64,000 nt of DNA from contig PLSV01000201.1 in NCBI GenBank assembly GCA_003165235.1, positions 1,488 to 65,487 on the forward strand. Reading direction: 5' to 3'. A program made the translations under genes and the position numbers. The notes below the pieces were generated by a model. The model did no database searches and was not told the DNA's origin. It was given only the letters and a program-made list of their open reading frames with translations. The stretch comes from Syntrophobacteraceae bacterium. GTDB taxonomy: Bacteria > Desulfobacterota > Syntrophobacteria > Syntrophobacterales > Syntrophobacteraceae. Positions 44,009 through 51,262 of the stretch are shown piece by piece. The first letter of the stretch is position 1, and the number at the start of each line of letters is the position of its first letter.

Positions 44009-47000
44009 TTAAGCCGAAAGACTTGGGCCCTCTCGCTTTGCGGGTGTGATCACAATACCGGAAGCCAACTTTTGCGCGTTCAGCCTGCGAATGGGTTCCC
44101 TGGCCAGGCTGCGGATTCTGTCCTGCACCAGAGCGGCAACGTTATCCCATGCATAGTGCTTCCTTACATGTTCCAATGCGCTTTGCGCCTTCTGTTTCGC
44201 TGTGGCGGGATTTTCATATACCGTGCGAAGCATGTCCCGGATCGACTGCAGGTCGGGTTCGAGCACGTACCCTGCGCCTCCGGCCAGCCGCATTCCATCG
44301 ACGTTTACTTCCCTTCGCCCGGCCGAAATCTGATAGGAAAACTCCTGCAAGCAGAAATCGTCCGTTGCGCCCCCCGATGTGACAATGATCGGGATGCCGC
44401 AGGCCATGGCTTCGAGCACGGGAAGGCCGAATCCTTCGCCCCGGTAAGGATGCGCCAGGCAGTTACAGGCGGTGAATAGTCCAGGGATGTCCTGTTCCTC
44501 GATCATCTCGGTAAGATATACCAGTTCAGGCGCAGCGGGATCATCCTGTATCCGCCGGATAATGTCCCCTATGCCCTGCCCCTTATAGAAGGAATCCTGG
44601 CCCATGTCCTTAACTATCAAGGCCACATCGTCTTCTCGCCGGAAGGCGCCTCGGTAGGCTTCGAGAAGCAGGTCGATACCTTTTCGCCAGATGGCGCCGC
44701 CAACGAAGAGGAACTTGAACTTTTTGCGAGTAGGCAAAGAATAGGGGACGGCCCCGGGATGAAAAAGATCGGTGTTCACCCCGTTGGGGATCACCCGGAC
44801 CCGCTCCACAGGCACCCCGCTCGCCACGTAGGTCTTGAGAACATGCTTGCTTGGGACCCATATTTCATCGACCAGATCGCTCATAGGCCCAATCCAGTCT
44901 TCCGGCAGCCGTCCGAACTCCCATGGCTGAATCATTACCCAATGGCCCGAAGGAGGAGGAGCGAAGTTAGGCGGCCATTGGTGACGGACGTGGACATCCG
45001 GCATACAAGGGAGACGATTGTTGACGCAGGAGGCGATCTTGTGGAACTGCGGGGCCGCCTCGGGCCCGAACTGGTCCTTCTCATAAGGTATCACGGCGAC
45101 ATTGTGACCGGCGTCGATCAGTTTGAGACAAATTTCCCGATTAATCAGGGCGAGGGAATGGTAAACAAACTGGGAGCCTTCCCAGATTACGTTCAAGCGT
45201 TTTTCCGGGCCGGCGCTGCGCTTGGCGGAGATCGAATTATTTCCAGTAGATGAGGCCACCTCACAGTAATGATCGAGCAATTCAGCCAGATATCCATTAA
45301 AGCCTTTGCCGGGGGAAATATTTTGCTGAATCTGCTGCAGCAGGGACGGATTTTCCACCAGCCGCCGCAAGGCGCCTGCCAGGGCTGCAGGATTACGGGG
45401 CTCAAAGAGAAAACCGTTCACACCCTCCTGAATGAAATCGGGGATCCCTCCGATACGGCTTCCAATGACCGGAATCCGCGCGGCAAGGGCCTCAGCGACA
45501 ACCAGGGGCGCACAGTCCTCCCAAACTGATGGAACAACAACCACGTCTACACGACCAAGGATCTCAGGAAGCTTGGACAATTCGTAATGCCCATGAAACC
45601 GGACCAGATTCTTCCCGTCGATTTTTTCCAATTCCTTGACGTAAGCGGCAGGGCCGCTGCCAAAAACGTGAATCTCAATCTGACCGGCTTCAAACGCCTC
45701 GCCTGCAGCTACCAGGACATGAATACCCTTTTGGCCAAGCAAGCTGCCGATGAAGCCGACTCTAAGCGGGCGAGTTGATGAATTTTCCGGCGCCCGACAG
45801 GCGCCGACCTGCCGCCAGATGTGGTCGACCGTTTCCGGCTGCTGCTGCAGCACACGGATGCGCGAAGGTGAGTGGCCGTTCTCGATAAAAAGTTGACGCA
45901 CACGATTGGACACGGCCAAGTGCAGGCCTATATGCCGGTCGAACATCCGTCGGCCGCGCTCGACCCGCAGAGCGTAATCAACGGCCTTGTCCGGCCTGCC
46001 GATACAGGCTGCACACTTGTCGCCATCATCGGAAGGGCCCGAACAAAGCTTGAGGTCTTTTTGGAACAGGTACATCCTCGGACACAGGGGCCAATAGTTG
46101 TGGGAGGTGTAGACGCTGGGTATCCCGGCCCGAGACGCCACCTCCGGCACCCCCATCGAGAAATTCAGCAGGCTGTGGTAATGGACGATATCAGGTTGTA
46201 AGTGAGCAATCAATTTGGAGACAATGCTCCTCATATTCGGGTCGTCTATTTCACGCTGCGGATTTTCCAGATCGTAGAAAATGGCCGGACGATTATAAAC
46301 CCCAAATAAACGAATTCCGTTCTCATTGCCCTCCTCTACGTGATAGGCTCCCTTTTCCGGCAGTATCCGGGAACCGGTGAAGATCACGGAGAGCTCATAC
46401 CCCTGCGCGGCCAGCGCCCTGGCTATCTGCCTCGGCAGGATGGTGCCGCCGCCTTCTTCGCGCCAGCCGTACATGAAGAAAAGGATATGGCGCGGGACTT
46501 TCGCGGCCGGCGCGTGGATGGTGGGGCGGCGCCCATTGCCGCCGGCCGGTTCCATGGCCGCTGGATGTGTTGCCGGCACAGGTTTAGGCTCCTCTATGGC
46601 CGGGATTACCCCCAGTCCTCCGTCTATCGCGACAGCCGAAGGATCTTCACGCAGTACGCCTACCGCCCACCTTATTTGAGCCGGCCGGTAGAGGGCCGCG
46701 TGGTTTAAGACGATCTGCGCTTTTATCTTCTGGTCGGCGGCCCGGTCTTTGGAATACTGCCCCTGAGAATGCTTTCTGTACCACAGTACGGCTCCCGGCG
46801 TCCTTTTGCCGTAAAAGCCTCTTTCTCCGCAACTGATCCAGAAATCCCAGTCTTCGTATCCAACGTCCGTCGAAAAACCGCCGACGATCTCCCATACTCT
46901 TTTCGGAAACATGGCGGCGCTGGAGCAGATGTAGTTGAACTTCGTCAAGGTGGTGAAATCGTACTCGGGATGGGGCTCGAACGTCGTTGCCTCTCCAAAG

Positions 47001-50000
47001 TTCTGCTGATCCGGATAGGCAATGGACACTCCGGGAGTAAACTCCAGAGTCTTGGCGCATTGGAGGAGAAAATCGGGAGACAGCTTATCGTCGGCGTCCA
47101 AACAGAGTATGTATTTGCCGATTGCCTGGGAGATCCCATTGTTGCGGGCTACGGCGGGTTTACCCGAGTTGGGCTGCCTGATGATTCTTATCGCTTTCGA
47201 GGGGGACTCGTCAATTAGAGACTCGGCGATACTCTGACTATCATCGGTGCTGCCGTCATTAACGATTATGATTTCATAGCTTTGAAGGGACTGGGACAGA
47301 ATGCTTTCCACACATTCCCGCAGGTATCGGCTGTAGTTGTAGCAGGTTATGACGACTGAAATAAGCGGATTGCACTCGCTATGGCCGCTCAAGGCAACTT
47401 GGCCGGGATAGCGCATCTCCATGGCTTTCCAGCCCCGTTGGGCAAGGGCCGCAGCAATTTCCTCGCCTTGGCGTCCCAGTTGGCCCTCCGCAGCCAGTTC
47501 TTCGAGAGCGAATCTTCGAAATACGAAAGAAGGCGATTTCGGCCGGGAGTGGTTGACCGAACCATGCTTTTCATCGTGGCGCCAGGGTGTGATTTTCACG
47601 CAGCCGATAGATTCGATCTGCGCCAGAAGCTTGACAGCTTCGGCGTACGCTTCGGGGGCAACGGCCCCCGGCGGTTCGCCGGGCCAGACTATCCATTCGG
47701 GAGATCCTTCCTTTGATAAAGCTTCCTGAACCCACGCTGTCCCAAGATCGACCAAAGAATAAGGAAGGGCCGCCCGCAAATTGGACACAAACCCGTTCAA
47801 CTCTCCCGCCCCCAGAGAATCGCCAAAGACGCCGATGGCGCGCGTATCTTTCAAGGCATACCGCTTGAATACCACTGACCAATCATTGACGAATACGTCG
47901 CCCTTGGCGACTGTCTTGCTCTGGTCATGGTGCCGGTAGTACGAAAGCACCCGGTCGATAGAATGAAAACGGGCCGATTTCATCATGCGGGCCCAGAGAT
48001 CATGGTCCATTGCAAAGTGAAGGGACGGATCGACGTAGGTCCCGTCGCAAAGCCTCACGGATTCAAGAAGACTGCGCACGAAAAAAATCGCGGGCTGATT
48101 TGGAATAGAGTAAGGGATCCAATACTTCATGAGGTGGTAAAACGATCGCTCGTGATTTGCCTGTTCTTTGAAGGGCTTTCCGGATGGGTCGGCAAGGATG
48201 CATTTACCCATGACCACTGATTTTTGCCCGGACGCCAACTCATGCGCAACGCGGTGGAACGCTTCAGGCGCAAGCCAGTCATCCGAGTTGAGCCAGCAGA
48301 TGATATCCCCTGAGGCCATTGCAAATCCCTTATTCAGGGCGTCACTCTGGCCGTTGTCTTTCTCGGATATCCACTTGAGGTGCGGGAAACGCTTGAGGAC
48401 TTCAACGGTTCCGTCCGTCGATCCCCCGTCGATCACGATGTGCTCGAAGTCAGGATATTGCTGGTCCAAAACGCTTCTTATGTTTTGTTCGATGTAGCCG
48501 GCCTGGTTGAACGACGGGGTAATGACGGAAATCCGGGATCGCCCGGAAGTCTGATTCCTAAAATTCAATTTGGCTTCAGACTTCATCTCTCGAGCAGGCT
48601 CCCCCAGGGTTTCCCGCTGCTGAGCGTTGCAGCCTCTGATCTTATCCAGCCTCAAAAGGAGCGCACTTACATTATTGATCATTTCCATATCATCAGTCTG
48701 AACGCTCAGGATCTGTTCGACCAGTTCGCGGCTTTTCCGGTATTCACAAGTCTCGTAATATAGGACAGCGAGATTGTTGAGCGTCCGGGGGTGATTCGGA
48801 GAAGATTCGAGCAGTGAATGGAACATTTCCTCGGCGTCTTTGACCCTGCCTTGGAGGAAATGAGTAATAGAAACAGCATTAAGAAGTTCCGCTTTCCCCA
48901 TTTGAGACGCAGTGGCAACGATATGCTCAAAGGATCTTTTACTTATCCCTTTCTTCGAATCATAAGCCAGCTTCATTTCTTGCAGGCTAAGGTTCAGCTC
49001 TTCGAGGACACCGGGAAAAGAGGGATCAATTTTGCGCCTCCAGGAATCAAAAACTTCTCTTTGTATTGAGATGGGGTCAACTCCCGGCAGCAACACTGTT
49101 TCGCCTGATTTGCGATGAATTTCTTGCTCTCTTCGAATTACAGCCTCAGCCTCCTCAATGTACTTTGCCCGAAAAACTTCAGACCGTTGGGAAGGCTGGA
49201 ACCGGAATGCTCCGAGAATGCAATTCACCCCGAGAAGTTGAGCGTGGCGGAAGAAACGAAGCCAAAGTTCCAAATCACCGGCAAGACTGAGATTCGTATC
49301 GATGCAACCCGCTTTCTGCCAAAGCGATCTTTTCCAAAACGTGGACTCCTGCTCGATCCATTCATAGTCTCCCGACAGGTATCGCTTGTGCGACCAGGCG
49401 GGAATTTCACCTATATGCCGTAGGTCGCCAGACTCTTTGAGAGTTGTAGGCCGACTGGTGATCCACTCGACATGCGGCAGTTGTGAGAAAATATATGCTA
49501 TTCTGTAGAGAGAGTCGGGCAGAAGTTTATCGTCAGAATTGATCCAGCCCATTATATCGCCGGAAGATCTCTGAAAGCCTGCATTTACGGCGCTGTAGTG
49601 GCCACCATCCGGACCGCTGCTCCAGTAGCTCAGGTGTTTTTCGTATTTCTTGATGATGGTTACAGACTGGTCGGTGCTGCCTCCGTCCATAATGATGTAT
49701 TCCAGGTTTGGATAACCTTGGTCCAGCACCGATTCAATACACTCTTCCAGATAAATCCCTTGATTAAAGGAGGGAGTGACAATCGAGATTTTTGGCAGCC
49801 TGGCACCAGGGGGATGCTCGGGCACAGCACAACTCCCAGGTCGGGGCGACATGAAGGGAAGGAACAATATGGCGTCGGATTGATTCATTCGGCCACCGCA
49901 AACATCTGCGTTCGCCAGGCCTGAAACGTTGCCAGAGATAAAGCTTTCATCGACCTGATCGTCCCAGATGCGAGGGGCTTTCTCTGCTTCCCATTTTGAG

Positions 50001-51262
50001 CGGTAGAACTGAACCCTCGGATCGGAGAATGGGAATCGGGGCTGGGGGCTGCTCGCGTAGTCAAGCGAGACCAATGCGCCTCGATAGTCGCCCCTTCGCG
50101 CCTGGTTGAGCGCAACCCAGAAGAGCGCGATCCCGTAATCGCAATTACCGCCCACACAAGCCATCACGAGGTTTTCCTGGAACGAGGCGAAAGATGGGTC
50201 ATCGAGCCTGGATATGAGGATTTCCGCTTCGAGCATTGCCGCCCTCTGGGCGGGGTCATTGAAATCACCTCGCAGCGAGAGCAGGAAATCCGACTGCACA
50301 GGGTGAGAATCTTTCTCTGCTAAGGAACCACCCTTTTTTTCGGCCAGGTATTCCGATATCTTATGAACGGTATTCAAATCGCGAAGGCTCACATCAAAAG
50401 GGATATCCATGCGCATAGCATTTGCGGCGAATGTGTAAGCCTCGACAAGGTCGAGCGAGTCGAGCAGACCTGAATCGACCAACTCCGTTTCGCCATCGAC
50501 GTCTATATCCAGTCCTCTCTGCCTGAGCCTATCCGAGAGAAAACCGGCCAGAGCCAATGATAATCCTTCGACTTCCAACCCACGTTCAGCTTCCATATGC
50601 ACGTTATTGAGCAGCAGGGAGCAAAAGGATTCAGTTTCAGATCTTGGTTCGAAGAACGTCTTTATTGGCTGAAAGCCGATGCTTGTTCCGGTCAACTTCG
50701 CGATCTCTTCAATGTAGAGGCCTGCCCCACGGTCGTTCATGTGCAGTCCGTCTTCCTGCAAATACTCGCATGACGGAAGGCCGTTTTTCCCAAGGATTGC
50801 CTTCACGGGATTTATGACCAGGATGCCGCTGTCCGCACACAATTTTGCAATCTGCCGGTTGAAAACGCGGGTGATATCGAGCTTATTCTTTTCTGTTACG
50901 TTGTGAAAATCTACTTCATGGAGCGGTTGAGGAAAGACCAGCCACCCGAATTTTCCGGAGCCGTTCAGTTCACGGAAGATCGCTCCATACCTTTGCATCA
51001 TCAACTGGAAGACCGCGTTCAAACGGCCCAGTGAAGCGGCGCACCAGAGTTGGAAAATGTCATGGGGGCCTATGCTGAGAAATTTCCATCCTTTCTCGGC
51101 GGCAAAAATGCTTCTTACTTTTTCCCCTATGGGAATAGACTGATAGAAATGCTCTATCTGGAGAGCGCCGACCCAGTAAGCGGTGACTTCTTCTCCCTCA
51201 ACATCTGTTTGAAGGCCTAATCTATTAAAACAGTCTACGTTGCTATTTCCAGTGATGATCAT
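44009..51262 (-). CDS. 2417-aa multidomain protein: SGNH-like + carrier (PP-binding-like) + TPR + 3x GT2 + 2x GT4
   Basis: Uninterrupted ORF of 2417 codons; ATG overlaps the stop of the upstream FAAL gene (ATGA 51259-51262). Domain motifs are listed in the sub-features below. Confidence 0.9.
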   Translation of the reverse strand: MIITGNSNVDCFNRLGLQTDVEGEEVTAYWVGALQIEHFYQSIPIGEKVRSIFAAEKGWKFLSIGPHDIFQLWCAASLGRLNAVFQLMMQRYGAIFRELNGSGKFGWLVFPQPLHEVDFHNVTEKNKLDITRVFNRQIAKLCADSGILVINPVKAILGKNGLPSCEYLQEDGLHMNDRGAGLYIEEIAKLTGTSIGFQPIKTFFEPRSETESFCSLLLNNVHMEAERGLEVEGLSLALAGFLSDRLRQRGLDIDVDGETELVDSGLLDSLDLVEAYTFAANAMRMDIPFDVSLRDLNTVHKISEYLAEKKGGSLAEKDSHPVQSDFLLSLRGDFNDPAQRAAMLEAEILISRLDDPSFASFQENLVMACVGGNCDYGIALFWVALNQARRGDYRGALVSLDYASSPQPRFPFSDPRVQFYRSKWEAEKAPRIWDDQVDESFISGNVSGLANADVCGGRMNQSDAILFLPFMSPRPGSCAVPEHPPGARLPKISIVTPSFNQGIYLEECIESVLDQGYPNLEYIIMDGGSTDQSVTIIKKYEKHLSYWSSGPDGGHYSAVNAGFQRSSGDIMGWINSDDKLLPDSLYRIAYIFSQLPHVEWITSRPTTLKESGDLRHIGEIPAWSHKRYLSGDYEWIEQESTFWKRSLWQKAGCIDTNLSLAGDLELWLRFFRHAQLLGVNCILGAFRFQPSQRSEVFRAKYIEEAEAVIRREQEIHRKSGETVLLPGVDPISIQREVFDSWRRKIDPSFPGVLEELNLSLQEMKLAYDSKKGISKRSFEHIVATASQMGKAELLNAVSITHFLQGRVKDAEEMFHSLLESSPNHPRTLNNLAVLYYETCEYRKSRELVEQILSVQTDDMEMINNVSALLLRLDKIRGCNAQQRETLGEPAREMKSEAKLNFRNQTSGRSRISVITPSFNQAGYIEQNIRSVLDQQYPDFEHIVIDGGSTDGTVEVLKRFPHLKWISEKDNGQSDALNKGFAMASGDIICWLNSDDWLAPEAFHRVAHELASGQKSVVMGKCILADPSGKPFKEQANHERSFYHLMKYWIPYSIPNQPAIFFVRSLLESVRLCDGTYVDPSLHFAMDHDLWARMMKSARFHSIDRVLSYYRHHDQSKTVAKGDVFVNDWSVVFKRYALKDTRAIGVFGDSLGAGELNGFVSNLRAALPYSLVDLGTAWVQEALSKEGSPEWIVWPGEPPGAVAPEAYAEAVKLLAQIESIGCVKITPWRHDEKHGSVNHSRPKSPSFVFRRFALEELAAEGQLGRQGEEIAAALAQRGWKAMEMRYPGQVALSGHSECNPLISVVITCYNYSRYLRECVESILSQSLQSYEIIIVNDGSTDDSQSIAESLIDESPSKAIRIIRQPNSGKPAVARNNGISQAIGKYILCLDADDKLSPDFLLQCAKTLEFTPGVSIAYPDQQNFGEATTFEPHPEYDFTTLTKFNYICSSAAMFPKRVWEIVGGFSTDVGYEDWDFWISCGERGFYGKRTPGAVLWYRKHSQGQYSKDRAADQKIKAQIVLNHAALYRPAQIRWAVGVLREDPSAVAIDGGLGVIPAIEEPKPVPATHPAAMEPAGGNGRRPTIHAPAAKVPRHILFFMYGWREEGGGTILPRQIARALAAQGYELSVIFTGSRILPEKGAYHVEEGNENGIRLFGVYNRPAIFYDLENPQREIDDPNMRSIVSKLIAHLQPDIVHYHSLLNFSMGVPEVASRAGIPSVYTSHNYWPLCPRMYLFQKDLKLCSGPSDDGDKCAACIGRPDKAVDYALRVERGRRMFDRHIGLHLAVSNRVRQLFIENGHSPSRIRVLQQQPETVDHIWRQVGACRAPENSSTRPLRVGFIGSLLGQKGIHVLVAAGEAFEAGQIEIHVFGSGPAAYVKELEKIDGKNLVRFHGHYELSKLPEILGRVDVVVVPSVWEDCAPLVVAEALAARIPVIGSRIGGIPDFIQEGVNGFLFEPRNPAALAGALRRLVENPSLLQQIQQNISPGKGFNGYLAELLDHYCEVASSTGNNSISAKRSAGPEKRLNVIWEGSQFVYHSLALINREICLKLIDAGHNVAVIPYEKDQFGPEAAPQFHKIASCVNNRLPCMPDVHVRHQWPPNFAPPPSGHWVMIQPWEFGRLPEDWIGPMSDLVDEIWVPSKHVLKTYVASGVPVERVRVIPNGVNTDLFHPGAVPYSLPTRKKFKFLFVGGAIWRKGIDLLLEAYRGAFRREDDVALIVKDMGQDSFYKGQGIGDIIRRIQDDPAAPELVYLTEMIEEQDIPGLFTACNCLAHPYRGEGFGLPVLEAMACGIPIIVTSGGATDDFCLQEFSYQISAGRREVNVDGMRLAGGAGYVLEPDLQSIRDMLRTVYENPATAKQKAQSALEHVRKHYAWDNVAALVQDRIRSLAREPIRRLNAQKLASGIVITPAKREGPSLSA
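44108..45196 (-). other. domain: GT4 #2 (GT-B, aa 2023-2385)
   Basis: FKFLFVGGAIWRKGIDLLLEAY, LAHPYRGEGFGLPVLEAMACGIPIIVTSGGATDDF. Confidence 0.75.
45338..46495 (-). other. domain: GT4 #1 (GT-B, aa 1590-1975) with 4-Cys insertion
   Basis: HILFFMYGWREEGGGT, VVVVPSVWEDCAPLVVAEALAARIPVIGSRIGGIPDFI (E-x7-E); insertion C1727-x12-C1740-x9-C1750-x2-C1753. Confidence 0.75.
46763..47368 (-). other. domain: GT2 #3 (aa 1299-1500)
   Basis: LISVVITCYNYSRYLRECVESIL, IIIVNDGSTDDS, CLDADD, YEDWDFW. Confidence 0.8.
47918..48535 (-). other. domain: GT2 #2 (aa 910-1115), paralogue of GT2 #1
   Basis: RISVITPSFNQAGYIEQNIRSVLDQ, HIVIDGGSTDGT, WLNSDD. Confidence 0.8.
48638..48955 (-). other. domain: TPR repeats (aa ~770-875)
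   Basis: AELLNAVSITHFLQGRVKDAEEMFHSLLESSPNHPRTLNNLAVLYYETCEYRKSRELVEQIL shows the TPR helix-pair pattern. Confidence 0.6.
49163..49792 (-). other. domain: GT2 #1 (aa 491-700)
   Basis: KISIVTPSFNQGIYLEECIESVLDQ, YIIMDGGSTDQS, WINSDD. Confidence 0.8.
50333..50590 (-). other. domain: acyl/peptidyl carrier protein-like (aa ~225-310)
   Basis: LVDSGLLDSLDLVEAYTF contains the carrier-protein DSL motif; candidate phosphopantetheinyl serine is Ser269 (nt 50456-50458). Confidence 0.6.
50678..51262 (-). other. domain: SGNH/GDSL-like hydrolase/acyltransferase (aa 1-195)
   Basis: Block I IITGNSNVD (Ser7, Asn in place of the usual Asp), block III-like LSIGPHD, block V EDGLHMNDRG (Asp171/His174). Confidence 0.6.

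Noticed and set aside
47372-47917. Second GDSL-like motif (GVFGDSLGAG, Ser1149 at 47816-47818) in the unassigned spacer of the giant ORF
   Set aside because: The nearest DxxH (D1230-H1233) is only about 80 residues away and no block II/III is evident, so the segment is too short for an SGNH domain. I treat it as an unassigned spacer unless structure prediction says otherwise.
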